A stretch of DNA of 42,741 nucleotides from Welwitschia mirabilis (lineage: Eukaryota), in the NCBI GenBank assembly GCA_051453625.1, contig JBOZIK010000001.1:38423092-38465832 (forward strand). The letters are read 5' to 3'. The notes under the pieces are model-generated. The model was not told the origin of the DNA. It searched no databases and saw nothing but the letters and a program-made list of their open reading frames with translations. A program made the translations under genes and the position numbers. Below are positions 23,608 to 35,855 of the stretch, in pieces. Position 1 is the first letter of the stretch, and each line of letters opens with the position of its first letter.

Positions 23608-24782
23608 TGTTGTGGTGTGAATTTATACAATTTTTAAGTCCTTAAGAAAAATTTATAAATTACAATGCTTATAGAAAAAACAAACTAGTATAGACAGGAG
23701 TGAACCCAAATTTATAATTCATTGAAGGCACTAGGATAGAAGTTAGAGAATTGATTTCACAAAGTATCTTAGTCTTTTCTATTCTAATAAATGAAAAATA
23801 AAGAACAATGCAATGTAATGTAAGATGAAAGTGATAAAATGTAATGGATGAAATGCAAGTGTAATGAGTTCTATTTGGATTTCAATCCTCTTATTATGAG
23901 AATTAGTTCTTACAACTCAGATCAATTAAGAAGAGTTAATTATTTGTTTCTAATAAATATAAACTATAAGATATATCAAGTAGAATATGGATAATGTAAA
24001 TATAAAATGAAATAAAGGAAATGCAATGAAACATCTAAACTAAAAAAGTCAGCCTAAATAAATGTTGCCTTTATGATCTAAATAAACTAAGGAGTTGTCA
24101 TACAATCATAATCAACTTAAACCATAAGGAACATTTACACAATAGGATTGAAAATCATTCTTGAATTAATTATCAATTTAACGTCCACTTATAACAAATT
24201 AGCAATACTTAGTAGAGTATACTTAGCCCAACACCAAGGTAATATTCTCTCTATAGCTAATAGATGGACCTCTTATCCTTCAATCTTCCATTACAAGAAT
24301 ATTTGATACAAAAAGATGGAAATAAAAGTAACTAAAAGAGAGGGTATTTATAGTTTTACATTGAAGTTCTAGAAGCAAAAGCCTAAGAGTTGGAGAAGAA
24401 ACCCTAGAAACCCATATGGATCACATGATCCCATTATAAATATAATTGTTTCCATTCATATAAGAATAGGTTTCATTCTAAGTATCATGGGGATAATAAT
24501 GGAGATGATACTCCATAATAAAAGGCAATCCATTTGCTTGAAGTCCTACATTCAACTCTACAGAATGAATCCATTTCAGCAATGTTATTCTCTTGGCTAT
24601 CGTGAGGATAACATAGGGGACAATAAGCCTCTCTATCTTTTAGCTCAAAGGGAAATTAGTCTTTTGAATAGTTAATCTTTTCTTTAAGGCATGAAGTATT
24701 AAAATAAGCCTGAGATGCCTTCAAATATGGTAAGAGTTGCATGTTTCAATGAATATTTTATTAATTTTCCATAATCATCAAA
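23608..24782 (-). repeat. 3' LTR of element B (right end in gap)
   Basis: Colinear with 30418-31560. Same TGTTGTGGTGTGAATTTAT start as 12084. Confidence 0.9.
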
Positions 24783-27009
24783 NNNNNNNNNNNNNNNNNN
24801 NNNNNNNNNNNNNNNNNNNNNNNNNNNNNNNNNNNNNNNNNNNNNNNNNNNNNNNNNNNNNNNNNNNNNNNNNNNNNNNNNNNNNNNNNNNNNNNNNNNN
24901 NNNNNNNNNNNNNNNNNNNNNNNNNNNNNNNNNNNNNNNNNNNNNNNNNNNNNNNNNNNNNNNNNNNNNNNNNNNNNNNNNNNNNNNNNNNNNNNNNNNN
25001 NNNNNNNNNNNNNNNNNNNNNNNNNNNNNNNNNNNNNNNNNNNNNNNNNNNNNNNNNNNNNNNNNNNNNNNNNNNNNNNNNNNNNNNNNNNNNNNNNNNN
25101 NNNNNNNNNNNAATTGATAATGTGTATGCATAATTGGAGATAGTCATATTAAAATTGATGTGTAAAACTAAGTAATGATAACTCAAAATGATGCATACAA
25201 GTTTATTAATGTATTCTATAAGGGGTGAAGTACAAATAGTAATTATAATATTATTTCCCTTGTTCATGATGTTTTAGATGTTTCGAAACATAGTTGCAGG
25301 AAAACTCTGTAAGTATGCTATTGTGCTTTTACTAGATAATGCCCATGAAACTTTATTCAAGTAATATAAAATCATCTTTAACAACTCATTACAAATATGT
25401 ATCATGAAAGCTAGAAAATGATCCTTCTTAAGTTTAAAATTTTTTTGCTTAATTTCTCAAAAGAAGATTAAAAGGATGTCTTGCCCCATCTTCTCCTCTT
25501 TCCTCCATTCCCAAATAGGTAAAGCAAGACATCCTAAATTTTACTAGAGCTAAAAGGATGATTGTTATCTTATCTATCATGGGTACTATAGACATAGGAT
25601 GAAACTAATCAAATGAGATGCTATAATAATAGGAAAAACTAGAAAAAGGTATAAAAGCAAGAAAAACAATTAGTAAGCATTAGAAAATTAGTAGAAAATT
25701 AGAGAGAAAGTAAAAGTGAATAAGAATTCTAAAAAACATGATCATGGGGAAAAGAGCTTTATGTGAAAAGGGCTTCAAAGAGAAAAGAATGAGGCCAGAA
25801 TAATGTACTAAGTATAAAGAAGTAGTGCTTAAAAGAAATCCTCAAATGTTCCTAAACTTATTAAGTATGAAAACATAAAAACTAAAATTCAAAGGATCAT
25901 GATTACCTATTAAAAAAAGAAATAACACCCCTCATAAATAAAAGTATGAGTAAAATTAATAAGAAGCTACTAAATAATCATATCCATAATATTATTTTAA
26001 AAAAGTATGAAAATAACTTTGAACAACCCAATAAAATAAATAAAGAAAAACAAAAATAAACATGAAAAACTAGGAACATAAAGAAGATTATTTACTTATT
26101 TTAACTTCTAACCTAATAAATTCCTTAGCAAAACTCATAAAATATCTTAATGAATATGCATGATAGTATGTAAAAAATCATAAAGTACCATTCAAATAGG
26201 TAATAATTATGATAATATCAAGTATGTCTAATGTTATCAAATAATAAATGAAGATAAAAATCTATTGAAACATGAAATCACTAGCCCATATATCAGAACA
26301 ACACTAGAATACAAAAAAGTAAAATGATCATGTGGAAGTACCTATATAAAAAAGAAGTCTAAAAAACAAGCAATACCTCTAATGACACCAAGGGAATCAC
26401 TGATTCCATAGCCTCTAAGTAAAATTTAATCTACCATGATGAGGGGAGTGCAATCACTATTAAAGAAGTAAAGACCCATATAGCATGGTAAACTGAACCC
26501 TTAGTGGAGACCCATAGCTATTATATCATACTGTTAAAGGCTCCTCTTGGGAAAATTTACTCTGGTATGCTTGTGATAGGACATTGTGGTGATCATGATT
26601 TTAGCTTAGATATGAAAGATCATGGTATTTATTTCTTTTGTTTTATTTTCTTCTCTATTCTTCTTCTTATTTCTTTTTTTTCCTTTTTTTTAATGAAAAT
26701 ATTCCATATGACCAATTACTCATAAGAATAGAAGTGAAGTAATGAGATGAAAAACAAGTAAGAGCATGTAAAAATAATTAAATACTTACATCATTAAAGA
26801 AGAATAAAAGAATCAAGGCATCTTCCTTCTAAATGAAGTTCATAAACATATAAATGTCTTAGGATTGGTTGAATCCAATATTATCATTTTAAAATACCTA
26901 AGTAAAAGATTATTAATCATGGTGAATTCATAAAGTAATACATAAGTTAAGTTAAAGATATTCAAGTGATAGTATAATGTCTAATCAAGGAATAAGTTAA
27001 GAAGGAATT

Positions 27010-27701
27010 TAGATAATGGCAAGAGGAAAACTCATCTCATTGAGAGAGGCTTCCAAGATAAGTGCTTTTATTATGTTTGAGGTTTCATTAGTAGATGACT
27101 CATAAATTTTTAACCTTTGTTTATTAACTTTTTGAATTTACCTAGTGCTTAGATCAGAGATTTCAACTAAACCATTATAATGCACTTTTTCTATAAATTA
27201 AGGATCTAACCATTTAAAGGTTAACTTATTATATAAAATGTGTATGAGGTATTGTATAAAAGGACAAGTTAACAAGGTTTAAATTTCTTATGGAGAAATT
27301 TTTTTATCATGTTTGAACTTGTCTTGTGATTTATGAATGAGTCAATGATGTATGACATAAGTACACTTTTCATCTAAATGGTCAAGTTGGGATAATTGAG
27401 TTTTAAGATTTTTATCTAAGTTTATGAGGTTAAGTTGATGGGTAGATCAATAGGAATTATAGCAAACATCAACTGACAAGATACAAAACTTTCTGTACAT
27501 AAGTTCATATGATGAGAAATCTAGAGAATTGTACCAAGTAGTATGATAAGCCTAAAGAACATCATTAAGTTTAAAAGACTAAGTTTTCTTATTGATAGAA
27601 ATTAATTTTTAGAGAATCCTTTTAATTTATCTATTTGTGTTTTATCCTGGCCATTAGTTTGTGGATGATAAGCACATGTAATTCTATGTTCAATGCCAAT
27701 G
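27010..27701 (-). pseudogene. Integrase core/C-terminal remnant of element B
   Basis: IGIEHRITCAYHPQTNGQ and QRLKIYES. Nucleotide homology to ~3010-4290. Confidence 0.85.
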
Positions 27702-27801
27702 NNNNNNNNNNNNNNNNNNNNNNNNNNNNNNNNNNNNNNNNNNNNNNNNNNNNNNNNNNNNNNNNNNNNNNNNNNNNNNNNNNNNNNNNNNNNNNNNNNN
27801 N

Positions 27802-29806
27802 TGTCACCTTTATGAAAGTCCATCATTTTGATTTGTGTGTCAATGATATAGTAGGCAGTTACATGAAAGGCTCTTTCTAAGAGTAGTGAATAACCTCCAT
27901 CATGTTATACCTCAATGATGACTACATCTATTCGGAAAAAATCTTCCTCTATTTGAATGATTAGTTTTTTAATAATACTTAAGAATTTCTTAATTAAAGT
28001 ATTAAACAATTTTAAGATAATTCATGTAGGTTCTTTTCTATTTTCCAACCCTAGCCTTTTACATATGTGAAGAGGCATGATGTTTACACTAACTCTTATA
28101 TCAATTAAAGCTTTTCAAATTATTTTATTTCCTTCCAAGGTAAAACTCACCTTTGTTACTTTTGGGTATTTGAATTTAGGACACTTTTTCATGACTAAGT
28201 TGGAAATAGATTGAGTAAGAAAAACTTTATTTGTAATGGTATGTTTTTATTTTATTTTTACTAGGTCTTTTCATAAGTTAGAATATTTAGGATTTTCTTG
28301 CAAGAGTTTCTAAAAAGACAAGTTGATGNNNNNNNNNNNNNNNNNNNNNNNNNNNNNNNNNNNNNNNNNNNNNNNNNNNNNNNNNNNNNNNNNNNNNNNN
28401 NNNNNNNNNNNNNNNNNNNNNNNNNNNNNNNNNNNNNNNNNNNNNNNNNNNNNNNNNNNNNNNNNNNNNNNNNNNNNNNNNNNNNNNNNNNNNNNNNNNN
28501 NNNNNNNNNNNNNNNTGTTGTATCATTTCCACTTTTCATTACTACCTTTAAATCCCTCTTGAATTTATTTGGGTTGGGTAAAGTTTGAGATTCAAGAGAT
28601 TGTTTTGGTCTTTAATTAGTGAGAATCATTTATTAAAGCACATTAACTAAGCTTTCAATATTAATGTTAGTCTTTTCTTACACCTTTTTTAATTCTTTTA
28701 TGGAATCTCTGAGTGGATTATTTTGATTTGGTTAAAAATTGAGGTTAGTTGATTGGAAGTCTAAATTTTTGAATTTATTCTCAAAAGGATTTCATTGTAA
28801 TTATCCATTTAATATTAAAATTGTAATTGACTTTAAATTTAGATGTTTTTGATTGAAAACATACACTTCCTCAACCATCCTTTCTTTACAAGTTGGTAAC
28901 AGGGTCCACTCTTTAGTTTGATAAGAGTTGTCTTTACAAATATCACATGTTGAAATTGTATTTTTATCTTTTACTACCTTTCCATCAATTATCATTTGAG
29001 TGTACTTCTTTAAAGTGGTACTAAAATCCTTAATTAAGTTAATTAAATTACCTTTCTTTTCTTCGTTGTCATGTTTTACTTCCTTTAAATATTTTATGAT
29101 TTGGCCTATAGTTTGATTTTTATTAGAAGTGGATTTTAAATCTCTACTAGATTTTTCAACCCATTTTATGCATCCTTTAAAACTAAGTTCATCAAGTTAC
29201 CAGCACAAGAAAAATCTACAAGTTGTTTAATTTGACTAGACAATTCACTGTAAAAATAATTTATCAATTATTCTTTATCAAGTTCATCAATAGGATTGGA
29301 ATGAATAACTATGATAAAACATTCATACCTTGTGACATAATTCTCATAAGGTTGTTGTTTAAAGTTAGTAACTTCTTTTTTTATTTTATTTATGATAATT
29401 TCATTCAAAAATATTTTAACAAAAACTTCTTGCACTTAACTTCATGATTTAAGACTCTTGTGTGAAAAGGTTTTAAGCCAAAGTTTTGCCTTTTCTCTAA
29501 GTGTGATTGGAAATATAATCATATAAGTATGATTACTAATGCACTTCTTCCCATTTACTGAAGTAAGTACAAGTTTTTCGATATTAGCTAGATGTTAGAA
29601 AGGATGTTCCTTAGGTTTTTCTAAAAATGTTAGATAGGCATTCAAGTTTCTTAATTACATATCATCACAGCAGATAAATCAAAAGGATTTTAGGTTTACA
29701 TTTTCTATTAGTAATTAAATCTCTAAGTATAACATTTGCATTTGAAGTTAAAGTCCCTATCATGATTGGTGTATTAGACAAAGTGACTTGTTTTTATTTC
29801 TATGAG
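27802..29806 (-). pseudogene. gag-protease remnant of element B
   Basis: KALIDIRVSVNIMPLHICKRLGL (~28050-28120) and knuckle-like CDICKDNSYQTKEW. Homologous to ~8200-11380. Confidence 0.82.
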
Positions 29807-30417
29807 NNNNNNNNNNNNNNNNNNNNNNNNNNNNNNNNNNNNNNNNNNNNNNNNNNNNNNNNNNNNNNNNNNNNNNNNNNNNNNNNNNNNNNNNNNNNNN
29901 NNNNNNNNNNNNNNNNNNNNNNNNNNNNNNNNNNNNNNNNNNNNNNNNNNNNNNNNNNNNNNNNNNNNNNNNNNNNNNNNNNNNNNNNNNNNNNNNNNNN
30001 NNNNNNNNNNNNNNNNNNNNNNNNNNNNNNNNNNNNNNNNNNNNNNNNNNNNNNNNNNNNNNNNNNNNNNNNNNNNNNNNNNNNNNNNNNNNNNNNNNNN
30101 NNNNNNNNNNNNNNNNNNNNNNNNNNNNNNNNNNNNNNNNNNNNNNNNNNNNNNNNNNNNNNNNNNNNNNNNNNNNNNNNNNNNNNNNNNNNNNNNNNNN
30201 NNNNNNNNNNNNNNNNNNNNNNNNNNNNNNNNNNNNNNNNNNNNNNNNNNNNNNNNNNNNNNNNNNNNNNNNNNNNNNNNNNNNNNNNNNNNNNNNNNNN
30301 NNNNNNNNNNNNNNNNNNNNNNNNNNNNNNNNNNNNNNNNNNNNNNNNNNNNNNNNNNNNNNNNNNNNNNNNNNNNNNNNNNNNNNNNNNNNNNNNNNNN
30401 NNNNNNNNNNNNNNNNN

Positions 30418-31634
30418 AGTCCTTAGGCAAAACCTATAAATTATAATACTTGCAAAAAACACATACTAGTTTAGAGGGGAGTCAACCTGAATATTGTACT
30501 CTATTGAAGGCACTAGATTAGAAGTTAGAGAATTGATGTTACAAAGTATTTTAGTCTTTTTATTTTAGTAAATAAAAAATAAAGAACAATGCAATGTATG
30601 TAATATGAAGATGATAAAATGCAATGAATGAAATGTAAGTGTAATGAGTTCTATTTGGATTTCAATCCTCGAATCATAAGAATTAGTTCTTATAACTTAT
30701 ATTAATTAAAAAGAATTTATCACTTATTCCTAACCAAGATAATCTATAAGATATAACAAATGAAATACAGATAATGTAAATATTAAATGGAATAAAGAAA
30801 ATGTAATGCAAAATCTAAACTAACAAAGTCAACCTTAACTAAGGTTACCCTTATGATCTAAATAAACTATGAAGTTGTCACCCAACTATAATCAAATTAA
30901 ACCATAAGGGTCATTTACATAATAGGAGTAAAAAGAGTTCATAAATTAATCATCAATTTAACATCCACTTCCAATAAAGTAGCCGCACCTTAATGAAGGA
31001 TACTTAGCCTAATGTCAACATAATCTTATCTCTATAGTTAATGGATGGATCTTTTGTCCTTTAATATTCCATTATGAGAATATCAAATACAAAAAGATGT
31101 AAATAGAAGTGAAGGAAAGTGAGTGTATTTATAGTTTTATATTGAAGTTCTAGAAGCATAAATGTAAGAGTTGGAAAAGAAACCCTAGAAACCCATATGG
31201 GTTACATTATCCCATTACAAAGATAACTCTTTCCATTCATACAGAAATAGGTGTTGTCTTAACTATTATGAGGACTACAATGGGAATAATACTCCACAAT
31301 AAAAGGTGATCTGTAAGATTTAGGCCTTATGGTCAACTTTATAGATTTAATCCATATTATTAGTACTATCTTCCTAGGTGTCATGAGGATGACATAGGGA
31401 ATGACAAGCCTCTCTATCTTCTAGTTTAAAGGGAAATTATTCTTTGGAATGGTCAATCTTTTCTTTAAGGCATGAAGTATCAAAATAATCCTAAGATGCC
31501 TCCAAATATGCTAAGAATTACATGTTTTGATGAACATCCTATATAATTATTAGAATTACATTCAAACCTATATAAATGTCCTACAATAGAACTGAAAATA
31601 CATCATTAGAATCCTACAAATTGGCATCGCAACA
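30418..31634 (-). repeat. 5' LTR of element B (left end and PBS in gap)
   Basis: Matches 23638-24782. Ends CAAATTGGCATCGCAACA, like the LTR of A. Confidence 0.9.
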
Positions 31635-31639
31635 AAGAA

Positions 31640-33850
31640 AGATCAAGATCATTAAGGCTTTCAACAAATTCCACTTCTTCTAAATCATCATGTTACTTTA
31701 TGGTATTAAAAGTATTCAACTTAATAGTCATGTTACTAAATAAAATATTCATAAAACTATCTTTACAATTGATAAATGCATTATAAGTGGTAAGAAAATG
31801 TCTTCTTAACATAATAAAAATGTTATGACTTCTAGTCTGTTCCGTTTCTAAAACTACAAAGTTCATAGAAAATTAGCAATTTTCTACTTTAATAATCACA
31901 TCCTTTACTATATTCAAAGATGTTTTTGTTGCGATCCCAAATTATCATGTTTTAATGGTGTAATTGATGGTNNNNNNNNNNNNNNNNNNNNNNNNNNNNN
32001 NNNNNNNNNNNNNNNNNNNNNNNNNNNNNNNNNNNNNNNNNNNNNNNNNNNNNNNNNNNNNNNNNNNNNNNTACTAGCTTAAGATTTAACAAGGCTTGTT
32101 GAAAGTTTGTGTTTTCAAGAGTAATGGCTATTGTAAGGCATCCTAGATTTTTGTATTTTGGAAAAATTTAGTTTTAAATGATAGTACTAGTTTATTAAGC
32201 AAGAAAGGCTTTACTTTTCATATTCATTACTCTCTTAACAGAATATAGATCTTTTAAGAATTTAGCATAGGAAGGAACTTATTTAAGGACTTCTAAAGAG
32301 GGATATTAATCTTTAATTTTAAAAAAACTTGTAGTTCTTCTTATTATTTCTTAGCTAAGTGATTGTTTTCTAAGTTATTAAGAAAAGGGTAGGGGTTCTT
32401 TATAAGTTGGGAATTTTTTTTAATTCATATTTCTTCTCTACTTTTTCATTAGTTCTGTGCTTATCTTATTGTACTACTTCTTCTTATGATTATTTCTATT
32501 TAATATCTTTTTTAATTTCTTTCTAATGTCTTAAATATATGACCTTATCTTTCTTGATTCATGCATCTTTCATTAACTTACAACTATCAAGGTTAGTCTC
32601 ATATATAGCAGGAAGATTTTCCTTCTCACATTGATTAAGTAATGTAAGGATATGTGTGGTAATTTTACTTAACTATTGCATTCTTTACTCTAAATTTTAT
32701 GATGTAGAAGAAACTTATTAGTTGAATTGTTTTTGTGATGTATTAATGTAATGTTGAGCTTGCATAAAATTTTGAAATGTAGCATATAAAGAATTAAGCA
32801 TTGGAATAGGATTTAAATTCTTAGGTTGACTAGTTAATATTTTTTTAGGGTTATCTTATTTCCATGAGAAGTTTGGGTAGTTTCTTCATCTAAGATTGTA
32901 GGTGTTAAAATAGAGATTACTTGCTCTTTTATTTTGCCATTGTTCTATTATAGCATTCACTTATTCTTTTACTACTCTATAGAATATAAGAATAAATGGA
33001 TAATATGAGATTTTAAAAATATCAACAAGATAAATTATATAATAAAGAGATGGAACTATGTGCTTAGGATTAGTACCAATAGTATAAATCTTCTTTAAAA
33101 GATCATTTAACTTTTGGTTAACCTTAGTGATGTTAAGGATTTTTGAAGATGCTAGTGGATGTAATAGGTTATTGTGCTCATATTAATTCATTAGGTTTCT
33201 TCCAATTATTATAACTTTTAGCTATAGTCTTAAGTAAATCCAATTCTTTATTAATTTCGAGGTCTAAAAAGATCCCTTTATGCATCATCTTCATAAATTA
33301 CCTATGATTAGATGGAAGTCCTTCATAAAATAAACTTATAACTCTTCCTTGATTAAAACCATATTGTAAGCATTTAAGAAGTAAATCTTTAGATCTATGC
33401 AAGGTATGGGATAAGATTTCACTATTCTTTTATTATATGTTTATGATTTCTCTTCTACTAGCATTGGCCTTCTAACTAGGAGAAATTTTTTTAATGAATT
33501 CTTGATTGAGTTTAGTCCAAGTGGTGATGGAAATTGGTTCTAATCTGTAAAATCAATATTTTACCTCTCTTTGAGGGAAAAATGAGAATAATATTAATCT
33601 AAGTGCATTATATGTATCAATATTTTGAGGGTTGTATAAAGAATACACTTAAACTTCTTAATATGTAAAGAAGGATTCTTAGACTCTAAACAATGTAAGA
33701 AAATGTACCTAGACATTGAGGTTAAGGATAATATATCAAAATTCTTCTAGGTTAATTTAGGTTGAATTTACTTTCAAAGTTATTTTAGCTTTTTTGAGGC
33801 CTCTCTTATGATGGAATTTTAAGATTACTCTCCATTTTAAAATTGAGAGG
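31640..33850 (-). pseudogene. gag-protease remnant of element C
   Basis: YFNTYNLR*RNYPNFSWK (cf. YSNTYNPGWRNHPNFSW), EVLK*VPSYAKFLKDLYS, and IMLRRHFLTTYNAFINCKDSFMNILFSNMTIKLNTFN (cf. IILGRPFLATxNALINC...FGNMTxELNxFN). Confidence 0.8.
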
Positions 33851-34656
33851 AATTCAATGTAATCTACCATCAGATGTTTATTTCCAATTTATAAAACATA
33901 CGAAAATAGCTAAGACAAGTTACATTTTTAGATGTACAAAATAAGGTAAATGGTCTCAAATGCTTTGACCCAAGAACTAAATGATACCAATTAGATAAGA
34001 TATAATCACTAGTAAAATGGCATAAAGTCAATTTAAGAAATGGAACAGTAAAGCTCTTATAAAAATTGGTCGTTTGATATGATAGGTTAGTTCATTTGAA
34101 TAATAAAAAAGTCTAATAATAGGTTCTAAGATAGGATAATGAATAATCAAAATGTAATATGACATAATATAAGAAATGAAAAGTACAAAAATAAATAATG
34201 CAAGGACTAATGCACTTTTTAAATATTTTTATTTATAAATTCCTTCTTTAGACATTTTTCTTTAAGTACCTACTAAGGAAGTGACCTAAGATAGAAAATG
34301 GAAGGGATGTGATAAGGGATGATAGAGAGAGAATATGAGTTAAAGAAAATAACTTTTTAAATTATTTTTCTAGATTTTTTTCTTTAAACCTATAAAATAT
34401 TAGCTCCTTTAAGCAAATTTAATATACTATACAATCTTTGCAAGAAAAAAAAGAAAGTTAAAAAAGAAAAGAAAAAAAAGAATTCACTAGATCAGATTTC
34501 ATTAATCAAATGCTAGGCATGATAAACACTAATCTACTAGTAATAAAAAGAAATAATATAAAGAAAAAGAAAAAGACATTAAAATGTAATCAATATAAAA
34601 TTAAAAAATATAGAAAAGTAAATTTATGCCTATTCCACTATACCTAGTGTGTCACT

Positions 34657-35855
34657 ATCCCTAGAAATAATTTTAAAAATGTATTCATGATGAAATTTGT
34701 CTAAGCTTGTAACTATANNNNNNNNNNNNNNNNNNNNNNNNNNNNNNNNNNNNNNNNNNNNNNNNNNNNNNNNNNNNNNNNNNNNNNNNNNNNNNNNNNN
34801 NNNNNNNNNNNNNNNNNATAATTAATGTATAGTAGATAGCAAGATCATCCTAGGGATAAAAATGTTGCATGGCCAAATCCAACTTTTACCAATTACACTA
34901 GGATTTCCATTTGCAGTATAGTCTTAGTATCATTCATTCATAGAGATAGATAATAAAAGCTATTAGTAAAATAAAAATAATGATATTGAGTAATAGAGAA
35001 TGAAATTATATAAGATATTTAACAATGGAAGAAATCATTAAAATTAGAATAATAATTCTATGGAAAGACATAAGCACTAATTTAAATCATATAGCTTTTA
35101 CTTCTAACTCAAGCATAATGATATAATCCATTATAGACATGAGTGCTCTTATAGTCTAATATCAAGCACAATGGTATAATCTTGTACATCATAGATGTGA
35201 AGGTAACATATCTAAGCCACCTAGCCTTCATAAAAGGAAGGTGATAAATCCATCAAATAAAAATTTAAGTTATGCAACCTAGAATGAAAAATAGAATCAC
35301 TAAATAGATATTAAAATAAAATCATACCTCAACCAATCATAATCATAAAAAGTATGAAACAAGCACAACTTAATATTAGAGTAACATAAAAAAAACATAT
35401 AACACTTTATTATTTAAAAAGTAAAATCATATAATATAATAATGTATTAATGATAAACTAAAGAGCATCATGCTAGATTAGTAGCTAGCCCATTCCTATG
35501 GGAGGCTTAGAAAAAATACATGATTAAAACTCCAATATTTTTGATAATAATATGATATGAAGTTCTCCCTTCAAGTGAAGAGAGGTAGGACATCTATATG
35601 TTAGAATTAGAAATTATAGTTAGGATTTCAAAGGCCTTAAGAGATCATTCTACAGAATGCCCAAAGTGTATAGAATTATTATTTAGTCATAGGTCCAAAT
35701 TAAGGGGTTCTTATTAAAAAAATATTCTTATTCATCTTTTGCTTGTGTAAATGACTAGAGTAAATTACTTATAGTAAGAGAACTTCAGAGCATGATTTTG
35801 GTACTATTTTACTCAAAGTAACTAGTGCTGATACTCCTTGAACTAGTGTCACTAG
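34657..35855 (-). repeat. Highly decayed PBS (~34657-34679) and 5' LTR portion of element C
   Basis: Reverse complement ...ATACA|TTTTTAAAATTATTTCTAGGGA resembles an LTR end plus TTTTTGGCGCCGTTGCCGGGGA. It lies upstream of gag. No second LTR is in the window to confirm. Confidence 0.45.

Larger units (their letters stand above)
23608..31634 (-). mobile_element. Element B: Athila-like element related to A, both LTRs and a 5-bp TSD present; RT/RNaseH not seen
   Basis: AAGAA|TGTTGTGGTG (23608) ... GGCATCGCAACA|AAGAA (31634). gag, PR and INT remnants are colinear with element A. Confidence 0.92.
23108..35855 (-). mobile_element. Element C: older, more decayed Athila-like element (5' LTR part, PBS, gag, PR), split by element B
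   Basis: Minus-strand gag/PR remnants at 31640-33850. The sequence rejoins across the AAGAA TSD into 23108-23607. Decayed PBS and LTR-like sequence from ~34657. Confidence 0.65.

Noticed and set aside
553..30462. Long ORFs in the track (e.g. 1672-2580, 8158-8979, 20324-21354, 29762-30462)
   Set aside because: They consist almost entirely of X from N gaps and are not evidence of genes.
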